From Eubacteriales bacterium (lineage in GTDB: Bacteria > Bacillota > Clostridia > Christensenellales > Aristaeellaceae), in NCBI GenBank assembly GCA_031553615.1, contig JAVBLJ010000067.1:1-14430 (forward strand): 14,430 nucleotides of DNA, in the 5' to 3' direction. Both the position numbers and the translations under genes were made by a program. Positions 1 to 8,037 of the stretch are shown here, one piece after another (position 1 is the stretch's first letter; each line of letters opens with the position of its first letter). The notes under the pieces were generated by a model that saw nothing but the letters and a program-made list of their open reading frames with translations, did no database searches and was not told where the DNA came from.

Positions 1-937
<937 letters not shown>

Positions 938-941
938 TCGC

Positions 942-2702
942 TCATTCCTTTCGGCCCGCCTTCAACCGGTTCAGTTCTTGCATCAATGCACCGATCTGCG
1001 CCATCAAGTCGTGTTTCTCGTCCCCCGTAGCGGTGACGATCTCTTGCTTTAGCGCAGTGATGCGCTCCTCCAACCGGTGCCGCCGCACCCGCATCAGGCA
1101 ATCCGATGCAATGCGCAGCGCTTGTTCTTCCTCGCCCTTGAGTTCCGCGCCGAATATCTCGGCAATATCGCGCCGCTCAACGTCGTCGGCAGTGTCTTCC
1201 AATATTGCAGAGGGAGAATCCCCCTCGATTAACCGGCGCAACAGCGCGCGGTGCAATGGTTCTGTGAATTCCACGTCCTCCAGCAGCGACGGTTCAACGC
1301 GCTTAGCGGAGAGCAGGGAGAGCAGCGACCGTTCTGCCTTCAGGTGATCGGGCAACGCGGTGGCCTGCGTCGAGAGCGGATTGCGCCGGGGCACGTAGCT
1401 CTGCTGCGCCGTGACACCCGCCGAGCCGTGGCCAATCTGCTGAATCAGCACATCCCGCGAAAATCCGGTGACCAGGCTCAGGTGCCGCACGTGGTTTTCG
1501 AGCTCCACCGGCTCGCGCACCTTGCGCAGGATGATCGCGCACGCCTTTGCGTACTCCACCCGGCCCGTTTCCTCGCTCAAATCGAAGGATTGCGCCAGAT
1601 GCTCCATGCGATAGACCACGCCGTTTTGCGGCTTAAGCGCCTCAAATGCCGCCACGCCCTTGGTGCGCACAAACTCGTCCGGGTCCTTCGCGTCGGGGAA
1701 GGTGAGCACCTTGGCCGGAACCTCCTCGGCCTCCAGAATATCCAGCGCCCGCAAAATGGCCTGCTGCCCAGCGGAATCGCCATCGTAGGTCACCCAGATT
1801 TCCGGCGCGTAGCGTTTCATGAGCCGCGCCTGTTCCGGGGTAAGCGCCGTGCCCAGCGTAGCCAGCACGCCCTGCACGCCGCGCTGCACCAGCGAAACCA
1901 CGTCCATGTAGCCCTCAACCAGTATGATGCGATGCAGGTTGCGCACCTTGCGCAGCAGGTGGATGGCGTACACGCCCAACCGCTTGTTAAACACCGGCGT
2001 ATCGGGGGTGTTGAGGTACTTGGGCTGCGCGTCACCCATCGCGCGCCCGCCAAAGCCTAATACCTGGCTGTGCGCATTGATGATGGGAAACAGCGCGCGC
2101 TGGCGAAACATGTCGTAGAACCGTTCGTTCTTTTCCACCGTCAACCCGGCCTGTGCCAGCTCGCCGGGCGAGAAGCCCTGGGCGGTCAGCGCGCGGGTCA
2201 AAACCTCCCAGCCCCCGCTGGCCGCGCCCAGACCAAACTGCCGTATGGCGGCGTCGTCCATCCCGCGCCCGTGCAGGTAATCGAGCATCTCCTCACCGTC
2301 CGGGGTCCAAAGCCGCTCGTGGTACCATTGCGCCGCCGCTCTGTTGGCCGCGTAGATTCGCTCCTTGATCGAGCGCGTGCGCTCGTATTGCGGATCGTCC
2401 ACCAGCTCGGGCAGCGGCATGTGTATCCTTTCGGCGATGTGCCGCACCGCCTCCGGAAACTCCAGCCGCTCGATGTCCATCACGAACTGGATGACGCTTC
2501 CCCCAGCCTTGCAGCCAAAGCAATGGTACATCTGGCGATCCGGGTCTACGGTAAAGGAAGCGGTTTTCTCGTTGTGAAACGGGCAAAGGCCCCAATAGCG
2601 GCGACCGTTTTGCTTTAGCACGACGTATTCGGAAACCACGGTGACAATGTCCGCGCGCCCGCGAAGCTCGTCCAGCCATGCGGGAGAGAAGCGCCCAGCC
2701 AA
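942..2702 (-). CDS. dnaG: DNA primase DnaG
   Basis: 586-aa ORF with a TTG start. It has the CHC2 zinc finger [29 protein letters not shown] and the Toprim motif [13 protein letters not shown]. Its stop lies 4 nt upstream of the sigA start, the classic dnaG-sigA arrangement. Confidence 0.95.
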   Translation of the reverse strand: MAGRFSPAWLDELRGRADIVTVVSEYVVLKQNGRRYWGLCPFHNEKTASFTVDPDRQMYHCFGCKAGGSVIQFVMDIERLEFPEAVRHIAERIHMPLPELVDDPQYERTRSIKERIYAANRAAAQWYHERLWTPDGEEMLDYLHGRGMDDAAIRQFGLGAASGGWEVLTRALTAQGFSPGELAQAGLTVEKNERFYDMFRQRALFPIINAHSQVLGFGGRAMGDAQPKYLNTPDTPVFNKRLGVYAIHLLRKVRNLHRIILVEGYMDVVSLVQRGVQGVLATLGTALTPEQARLMKRYAPEIWVTYDGDSAGQQAILRALDILEAEEVPAKVLTFPDAKDPDEFVRTKGVAAFEALKPQNGVVYRMEHLAQSFDLSEETGRVEYAKACAIILRKVREPVELENHVRHLSLVTGFSRDVLIQQIGHGSAGVTAQQSYVPRRNPLSTQATALPDHLKAERSLLSLLSAKRVEPSLLEDVEFTEPLHRALLRRLIEGDSPSAILEDTADDVERRDIAEIFGAELKGEEEQALRIASDCLMRVRRHRLEERITALKQEIVTATGDEKHDLMAQIGALMQELNRLKAGRKE

Positions 2703-2790
2703 TCGATCACCGTCCTATTCATTCGCCGCAATGTGTACATTTCCTGCACGCAACGCCAAGATTTTCGCCGATGCAGGGTCGGCGAAGGGG

Positions 2791-3795
2791 TCAACGGTTG
2801 TCGAAAGCGTGCGGCAATATCATGCTTTCATAGCATCGCATGGCGTACCGATCGGTCATGCAGGCAACAAAATCGCAGACGCCGCGCGCGGTTCCCTCGT
2901 CCCTACAAATCTCCACATATTCCGCAGGCATGCGTTCCGGTTCGGCTAGGCAGAGCTTCACCAAATCGTCGAGTATATGGGCTACCTTGCGCTCTTCCTC
3001 CATGGCCGCTTGACACATGTACACGCGTTCAAACAGAAAATCCCGCAGCAGGTCGGTGGCCTCCCACACCGGCTCGGACATGGAAACCAAAGGTTTGCCA
3101 TCGCTCACCCGTACCACGTCGGCGATCATGGTGTCGATGCGTTCGCCGTGGGTCTCGCCCAGAACCGCCAAGCAGCGCGGCGGTAGGTCGCTCTGGCGGA
3201 TCAACCCCGCACGAATCGCGTCGTCAATATCGTGGTTGATGTAGGCGATGCGGTCTGCCAGGTGCACGCAACGGCCTTCGAACGTTTGGGGCTGCACCTC
3301 ACCGGAGTGGTGGGCGATACCGTCGCGAACCTCGAAGGTGAGGTTCAGGCCGCGCCCTTCCCCCTCCAGCCGGTCCACCACGCGCAGGCTCTGCGCAAGG
3401 TGGCTGAATCCGCCTTCGATCAGCCTATCGAGCGCGCGCTCGCCTGCGTGCCCAAAGGGGGTATGGCCCAAATCGTGGCCCAATGCAATGGCCTCGGTTA
3501 AATCCTCGTTCAGGTTCATGGCGCGGGAAATGGTGCGTGCGACCTGCGAAACCTCCAGCGTGTGCGTCAGCCGGGTGCGATAGTGATCGCCATCGGGGGC
3601 GAACATCATTTGCGTCTTGTGCTTGAGCCGCCGGAACGCTTTGGAATGCAGAATGCGGTCGCGGTCGCGCTGAAAATCGGTGCGCAGTGAGCAGGGCTCG
3701 ATCGGCCGCTCGCGTCCGCGCGTATCGGCGCTCGGCTTGGCCAATGGCGAAAGCATTTGACGCTCGCGCGCCTCCAGTTGTTCCCGAACCGTCAC
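2791..3795 (-). CDS. dgt: deoxyguanosinetriphosphate triphosphohydrolase-like HD-domain protein
   Basis: 334-aa ORF with a GTG start and a GAGAGGGAGGG Shine-Dalgarno. The HD motif ALGHDLGHTPFGHAGE and the N-terminus FQRDRDRILHSKAFRRLKHKTQ are typical of dGTPase-like proteins. The position immediately upstream of dnaG is typical for Firmicutes. Confidence 0.9.
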   Translation of the reverse strand: MTVREQLEARERQMLSPLAKPSADTRGRERPIEPCSLRTDFQRDRDRILHSKAFRRLKHKTQMMFAPDGDHYRTRLTHTLEVSQVARTISRAMNLNEDLTEAIALGHDLGHTPFGHAGERALDRLIEGGFSHLAQSLRVVDRLEGEGRGLNLTFEVRDGIAHHSGEVQPQTFEGRCVHLADRIAYINHDIDDAIRAGLIRQSDLPPRCLAVLGETHGERIDTMIADVVRVSDGKPLVSMSEPVWEATDLLRDFLFERVYMCQAAMEEERKVAHILDDLVKLCLAEPERMPAEYVEICRDEGTARGVCDFVACMTDRYAMRCYESMILPHAFDNR

Positions 3796-4151
3796 GCGCA
3801 GCCCTCCCTCTCGCCCGTGAAAGCCGTTTGCGAGTTTCCGGCTAACCGTACATGATAATTCGCCCCCCGGCTCATTAATCCCTAGCCATCCGGGAAAATT
3901 TTTATTGAATGTGGTATATCATGTAGATTCGACACAGATGCGCTTGGTTTGTATCCTATTGTATGCCAAATGAAGGAAAAGCTATACGCACACGCATTAT
4001 TGGCGCATATCGCCGCTGAATGCTCCCAAAAAAGAATCCAGAAAGGCGTGGCTGCTTTCAAAGGAAAAGGCGCACGCACCGCGAATCTCTAGGTACGAAG
4101 CACCCTTATGGCGTTCAATCCTGCACACCGAAAACACAGCGGGAGGTCCGT
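3796..4151. promoter_or_regulatory. AT-rich divergent intergenic region; promoters/5'UTRs for the minus-strand dgt-dnaG-sigA operon and for the plus-strand gene at 4152
   Basis: 356 nt of markedly lower GC between divergently oriented genes. It contains several -10/extended -10-like hexamers, for example TGgTATATC near 3925-3935 on plus. No coding frame has protein-like composition. Exact transcription start sites cannot be set from sequence alone. Confidence 0.4.
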
Positions 4152-5204
4152 ATGAGCACGAAGCAGCGCAATCACATGATCCCAAACATTCATCGCCTTG
4201 TAACCAGCGAACTCGGAGAAAACTACTGGTTCAATGGCGGCGCGAAATACGCAATGGAAGCGCTCGGCGAACCCGATTACGACTATTGGTTTTTCGCGGG
4301 ACTGACCGGCGACTTGTTTACGCAGCACTATGCCTATACGAGATCCCTGTGGGATGCCATTGACGGTTATCCGTTAGCGGAAACCCCTCATCGGTTTGTG
4401 AAGGAGCTATTCGGCAAGTGCGGATACGCCGCCGCCTATGTTTCCAAGCGGGAACTCAGGGAGAACACCGAGATGCATCTGAACACGCTGACCGCCTATA
4501 TCGACAAGGGCATCCCCATTATTACCACCATGCACCCGTGCGGCGTATATGTCGGCTATGAGGAATACGGCAAAGTCCTGCTCTACATAACCGGTGATAA
4601 CAGCCAACCGGAACGCATTACGCTGGCGGATGCGATCAGCGGGCAAAGCGCGTTTGAAATGGAGGCCAATACACAGGGCGGATGGATATTTGTCGGCGAG
4701 AAAAAAGAGGCTATCCCGCTTGCCAAGCTGTACCGCGAGACGATTTACTCGATTCCACAATACCATAATGTCAAAACCGACGCGTACTGCTTCGGCCCGG
4801 CGGCTTTCCGCGCATGGGCGGCGGATATAGAGAGCGGCAAGTTTAACGAGATAAAACCAGAGGTATTTGATACCTGGTATCACTACACCAATTATGTATG
4901 CATGCTCGCTACCAACGGGAGCTGTTGCCATGGATTTCTGAAGCGCGCGGAGGAGCTGAATCCAGACATGGGCTTCTTGCGGGAAGTCAGCAGATTGTAT
5001 AAGCGAACCGCTGAGATGTGGGGCGGCGATAACCATCACAACGACGCGGACAGCCTGGAAGCCCTGGGCGGCGGTTTCAACGTCACGCTGGCCACTTTGC
5101 AGGACGTGGGAAAGCGCGGCAAGATTGCGCGGAAAACTCGCGAAATCGCGGTCTGCATGGATCAGGTGCTGGATATCCTGCACGCGAATCCGGCCAAACA
5201 ATAA
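4152..5204 (+). CDS. hypothetical protein (351 aa), function not recognisable from sequence
   Basis: ATG at 4152 is preceded by GGGAGG at 6-nt spacing. The track ORF starting at 4020 has no Shine-Dalgarno and runs through AT-rich promoter DNA. Amino-acid composition is protein-like (W/Y/F-rich, no low complexity), whereas the overlapping minus ORF 4407..5201 is R/A/L-rich antisense junk. GC looks lower than the flanking core genes (judged by eye, not computed). Confidence 0.75.
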   Translation: MSTKQRNHMIPNIHRLVTSELGENYWFNGGAKYAMEALGEPDYDYWFFAGLTGDLFTQHYAYTRSLWDAIDGYPLAETPHRFVKELFGKCGYAAAYVSKRELRENTEMHLNTLTAYIDKGIPIITTMHPCGVYVGYEEYGKVLLYITGDNSQPERITLADAISGQSAFEMEANTQGGWIFVGEKKEAIPLAKLYRETIYSIPQYHNVKTDAYCFGPAAFRAWAADIESGKFNEIKPEVFDTWYHYTNYVCMLATNGSCCHGFLKRAEELNPDMGFLREVSRLYKRTAEMWGGDNHHNDADSLEALGGGFNVTLATLQDVGKRGKIARKTREIAVCMDQVLDILHANPAKQ

Positions 5205-5207
5205 GCT

Positions 5208-5235
5208 GTTTCCCGTTATAGGTTTCCTGTTATAG
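5208..5235. repeat. perfect-register tandem direct repeat, 2 x 14 nt (GTTTCCCGTTATAG / GTTTCCTGTTATAG)
   Basis: Seen directly in sequence, 4 nt after the stop of the 4152..5204 gene and about 135 nt upstream of the WYL operon. The two units differ at one position. Candidate site for a dimeric DNA-binding protein. Confidence 0.6.
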
Positions 5236-5340
5236 AACTGGCCTTTTTATTCCGCCGGCACCGTCGCTCCGGCAGGTCATGACGCGATTGCTCTGCCCGA
5301 GAGCGCATCGGCGTAGGATGGGTGCGCGGAAGCGTTGAAA

Positions 5341-5350
5341 ATGGTGTAAT
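5341..5350 (+). promoter_or_regulatory. candidate extended -10 element (aTGgTGTAAT) for the WYL-regulator operon; no recognisable -35
   Basis: TGn + TGTAAT (5/6 match to TATAAT) lies 22 nt upstream of the 5372 start. Almost the same 10-mer, ATGGTGTAAAT, recurs upstream of rtcB at 9330..9340. Confidence 0.3.
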
Positions 5351-5371
5351 CAGCAAAATACCCAGAAACGC

Positions 5372-6628
5372 GTGAGGTGTGCCGTGGCTTACAGTGAGCT
5401 GATCAAGAGCTTCGAGAGGATTCGCGACTACATGCGCGAGTTTTATGTGTATGGTTTCAAAAGCCGGGAAGAGATGGGCATCAAGTCGGCACGCGGATAT
5501 GACAACGAGCGGAGACGCATCGAGAGCTGGCTAGGAGACTGCATGGGGTTCCGGCACACACCGGAGGGAAAGAATGTGTTTCTTTCGGTAGACAGCCGAG
5601 GAATCACGCGCAATCCGCTGCATGTAGCATTTCGGGCCAAGAGCTTTACAAGGAACGACATCACGCTGCACTTTCTGCTGCTGGATATGCTTCACGGGAA
5701 TGTCGCACTAACGGCGCAGCAGGCGGCGGATCGGCTGGCTGCGGACTATCTGTGCCGCGCCCAGGACTGCGAGCTACCGGACGAATCCACGGTGCGGAAG
5801 AAACTGCTTGAATATGAGGAGCTTGGGCTGCTGGCAACGCGGACTGAAAATAGGAAACGGCTCTATGCCCGAAGCACAGACGACGTGAAGCTAAACCGGT
5901 GGGCGGACGCCATTGCCTTCTTCGCGGAAGCGGACAGCCTGGGCGTGATCGGCAGCTTCTTGCTGCCGCGACTAGAAAGCATGCCGCATGGTTTCCGCTT
6001 CAAGCATCATTACCTGTTGCGCGTGCTGGAAAGCGAGCTGCTGTTCACCGCGCTGATGGCCATCCGGGAGCGGCGCTACGTGATGCTGTATATGGGCGCA
6101 GGGCAGTTTGAACACAACATCACTTGGCGTGTCACGCCGGTGAAGGTGCTTAGCAGCACGCAGACCGGGCGTTACTATCTGTGCGCCTACAGCCAGCGGC
6201 GCGGCCGGTTGTGCTGCTATAGGATGGATCACATTCGGCACATTGAACCGCTGGATGCCGATCCTGAGTTCGAAGAGCGAAGTGCCCGGTTCGAGCAGGT
6301 CAAGCGCCACCTTTGGGGCGCGGGCATCGGCGGCAACCGCAGCGTGAGTCACCTCGAGATGACCGTGCAGGTGAGCGAGGGTGAAGACTACATTGTACAG
6401 CGGCTGATGCGCGAACGGCGCTGCGGCATCGTGGAGCAGGTGGATGAGACACACTGGCGCTACGTGGTAGACGTGTACGATCCCTATGAGGTCGGGCCGT
6501 GGATACGCACGTTTATCGGTCGCATTACGGCCTTTCAGTGCGACGACGCGGCGGTGGCGGAGCGGTTCCGCTCCGATGTGTGGGCGATGCTTCAGCAGTA
6601 TGGGGGTGACGCGGATGCTGTTCAGTGA
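5372..6628 (+). CDS. WYL-domain transcriptional regulator (wHTH-WYL-WCX architecture with an extra N-terminal domain); first of a PafB/PafC-like pair
   Basis: 418 aa. It has a WYL-type motif GRYYLCAYSQRRGRLCCYRMDHIRHIEPLD, a putative wHTH LTAQQAADRLAADYL...ESTVRKKLLEYEELGLLATR, and a C-terminal extension (WCX-like). The start is ambiguous: GTG 5372 is the longest, GTG 5384 follows GAGGTG, and ATG 5432 is also possible. The minus ORF 5972..6454 is an antisense shadow. Confidence 0.8.
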   Translation: MRCAVAYSELIKSFERIRDYMREFYVYGFKSREEMGIKSARGYDNERRRIESWLGDCMGFRHTPEGKNVFLSVDSRGITRNPLHVAFRAKSFTRNDITLHFLLLDMLHGNVALTAQQAADRLAADYLCRAQDCELPDESTVRKKLLEYEELGLLATRTENRKRLYARSTDDVKLNRWADAIAFFAEADSLGVIGSFLLPRLESMPHGFRFKHHYLLRVLESELLFTALMAIRERRYVMLYMGAGQFEHNITWRVTPVKVLSSTQTGRYYLCAYSQRRGRLCCYRMDHIRHIEPLDADPEFEERSARFEQVKRHLWGAGIGGNRSVSHLEMTVQVSEGEDYIVQRLMRERRCGIVEQVDETHWRYVVDVYDPYEVGPWIRTFIGRITAFQCDDAAVAERFRSDVWAMLQQYGGDADAVQ

Positions 6629-7520
6629 AGTCCACAGCGCTTATTTTCAGGCGGTGGCGCGCATTCTGACGGAGGCCATCGATGCGCCAGTCAGCCCTGG
6701 GCGCATGGACGAGATCGTGCGTGAGACGGCATTTGCGGAAAGCGTGCTGCATGTTGCCCCCGCACTTCGCTCGGGTGAATGGCCGCTCCTGACGCCAGAG
6801 GGGCGAGCGTTGGTTCGGAATATGCCGACGATGCCGCTGACGATGCTCGAAAAGCGCTGGTTGAAAGCGTTGCTGCTGGATCCGCGCGTCGCGCTGTTCG
6901 ATCCGCCATCTGACGGACTAGAGGATATAGAGCCGCTGTTCGATCCGGGCGATGTGTACTGGTTTGACCGTTATCTGGACGGCGATCCGTATGACAACCC
7001 CCAATATATCGCCAACTTCCGTATGGTGCTTCTGGCCCTCCGCGAGCGCCGCAAGCTGCGCATCGTATACACGGGCGCGAAGGGGCGCACGATCCGGGGC
7101 GTGTTTATGCCGGGCAATCTGGAATACTCGCAGAAGGATGACAAGTTCCGGCTGCACACGCTGGGCGGGAAAAGAATCTCGATCCGGCTGTCGACGGTGC
7201 TGGTGTGCGAGCCGGAGGAGCCGTTTAGTCCCGTTGCGTTCCAGCGCACGGAGCCAGGCGAGCAGCACATGCTGGAGATTGAAATCCGTGACGATCGGAA
7301 CGCCATGGAACGCGCGATGCTGCACTTCTCACATCTGAAGAAGGAGGCCGAGCGCGTGGGCGATGATCGCTACCGGATGAAACTCTGGTATGAGCAGGAA
7401 GACGAGACCGAGATGGTGATTCGTGTGCTATCCTTCGGGCCGATGGCGCGGGTGCTTGCTCCTGAGCAGCTTAAGCGGCAGGTCGTCGAACGGCTGGAAA
7501 ATCAAGTAAAGCTGATGTGA
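6615..7520 (+). CDS. WYL-domain protein, second member of the pair (PafC-like), overlapping the upstream gene by 14 nt
   Basis: ATG 6615 is preceded by GGGGGTGA. GTG 6606 is an alternative start. The track ORF from 6486 begins with R/S-rich junk in an alternate frame of the upstream gene. Sequence: MLFSEVHSAYFQAVARILTE..., a WYL-like core TGAKGRTIRGVFMPGNLEYSQKDDKFRLHTLG, and a C-terminal WCX-like domain ...YRMKLWYEQEDETEMVIRVLSFGPMARVLAPEQLKRQVVERL. Confidence 0.8.
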   Translation: MLFSEVHSAYFQAVARILTEAIDAPVSPGRMDEIVRETAFAESVLHVAPALRSGEWPLLTPEGRALVRNMPTMPLTMLEKRWLKALLLDPRVALFDPPSDGLEDIEPLFDPGDVYWFDRYLDGDPYDNPQYIANFRMVLLALRERRKLRIVYTGAKGRTIRGVFMPGNLEYSQKDDKFRLHTLGGKRISIRLSTVLVCEPEEPFSPVAFQRTEPGEQHMLEIEIRDDRNAMERAMLHFSHLKKEAERVGDDRYRMKLWYEQEDETEMVIRVLSFGPMARVLAPEQLKRQVVERLENQVKLM

Positions 7521-7528
7521 TCCATGAG

Positions 7529-7555
7529 CGTTTCCCTTCGGGGAGGCGTTTTTTT
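7529..7555 (+). terminator. Rho-independent terminator of the WYL operon
   Basis: Stem CGTTTCCC / GGGAGGCG (8 bp including 2 G-U pairs) with a UUCG tetraloop (7537-7540), followed by a run of 7 T. It starts 9 nt after the stop codon. Confidence 0.85.
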
Positions 7556-7576
7556 CATCCTCGCAACTTTTTTACC

Positions 7577-7605
7577 ATGACCTTCCATGGCACATTTGAT
7601 ATGAT
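7577..7605 (+). promoter_or_regulatory. candidate sigma-A promoter for the leader-SPFH-rtcB transcript (ATGACC -N17- TG-a-TATGAT)
   Basis: Extended -10 TGaTATGAT at 7597-7605. A -35-like ATGACC lies 17 nt upstream and is flanked by a CCATG...CATGG inverted repeat (7574-7590). It sits just downstream of the terminator. Confidence 0.4.
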
Positions 7606-8037
7606 GCCTTTGTCGCAGAAACCAAGCGTGGCGCTCAGGGACTTCCTCCCGGCGACCTGCGGTGCCCGGCGCGTTGCGCAGAGGGTATTTCGGTGAAGCG
7701 GCGTCGGTATGCATTGCGTGGGTTCGAGTCCCACCCTATCGTATGGATAGGCCAAGCGGTTATGGAATCGCTCGAAAGAGCACGCACCTGTTAAGTGTGA
7801 AGTCAAGGCAAGAAGGGAACCGGCAGAGGGCGCTCCGGCATGGCGAAAAGGGCAGCATACCGCCCACCGCCGTGCAGCGAGGCAAATGCCTTGCCGGGCG
7901 CGATCTTCTTCGGACACCGGCTTGCGGCCAGGGCACGAGCCTCCGCCGCCAGTCAGAGACCGAAGCGCGCGCCCGCCGCGAATGCCGCGTGGAACGCCCC
8001 GCCGCCCCGGTCAATTATCATGAGGAGGGAAAACCAT
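7606..8037 (+). promoter_or_regulatory. long, unusually GC-rich structured 5' leader of the SPFH gene (contains the tRNA-like element listed separately)
   Basis: About 430 nt with no protein-like ORF. The two track ORFs (7662..8081 + and 7555..7917 -) are R/A/P-rich junk. GC is far above that of normal intergenic DNA in this window. There is no T-run, so it reads through to the GAGGAGGG Shine-Dalgarno of the 8038 gene. Confidence 0.45.
7716..7800 (+). ncRNA. tRNA-like RNA element, apparently circularly permuted (T-arm, acceptor-like hairpin, D-arm-like, anticodon-arm-like); candidate cognate RNA of the SPFH/RtcB repair module
   Basis: 7718-7734: GTGGG TTCGAGT CCCAC is a perfect T-arm with the same T-loop as the real tRNA-Trp in this window. 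7735-7751: CCTATC gtatg GATAGG is a 6-bp hairpin. 7755-7772: AGCG gttatggaat CGCT is a 4-bp stem with a GG-containing loop. 7783-7799: a 5-bp stem enclosing the 7-nt loop CTGTTAA (U at position 2, A after the triplet). There is no canonical acceptor 5' strand and no CCA. The boundaries are approximate. Confidence 0.5.

Noticed and set aside
2733-3583. plus-strand ORFs antisense to dgt (2733..3239, 2977..3186, 3017..3244, 3232..3501, 3248..3583)
   Set aside because: The HD-domain dGTPase on the minus strand explains the region. These ORFs are R/S/P-rich.
4020-4151. upstream extension of the 4152 gene (track start 4020), plus minus ORFs 3882..4079, 3997..4185, 4089..4328
   Set aside because: The extension runs through AT-rich promoter-like DNA without a Shine-Dalgarno, whereas ATG 4152 has GGGAGG at ideal spacing. 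The small minus ORFs have no Shine-Dalgarno and junk composition.
4407-5201. 264-aa minus-strand ORF
   Set aside because: It is antisense to the better-supported plus gene (Shine-Dalgarno, balanced composition). The minus product is R/A/L-rich.
5972-7325. minus ORFs 5972..6454, 6525..6752, 6691..6909, 6918..7325, 6971..7306 and plus ORFs 5899..6111, 6952..7338
   Set aside because: They are shadows of the two WYL-domain genes. There are no motifs or Shine-Dalgarno sequences, and the composition is biased.
7716-7751. canonical tRNA gene, tmRNA 3' domain, or partial tRNA duplicate marking an integrase att site
   Set aside because: There is no complementary 5' acceptor strand upstream and no CCA or discriminator. 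The would-be 3' acceptor strand pairs locally into its own hairpin. No integrase gene or second att copy is present in the window.
7800-7975. cobalamin (B12) riboswitch, suggested by AAGAAGGGAACCGG and an AGTCAGAGACCG string resembling the B12-box
   Set aside because: The remaining conserved elements (GGUG-AAAUCC, CCCGCAACUGU, GCCACUG) do not line up. The downstream genes (SPFH, rtcB) are not cobalamin-related. I left this unresolved rather than calling it.
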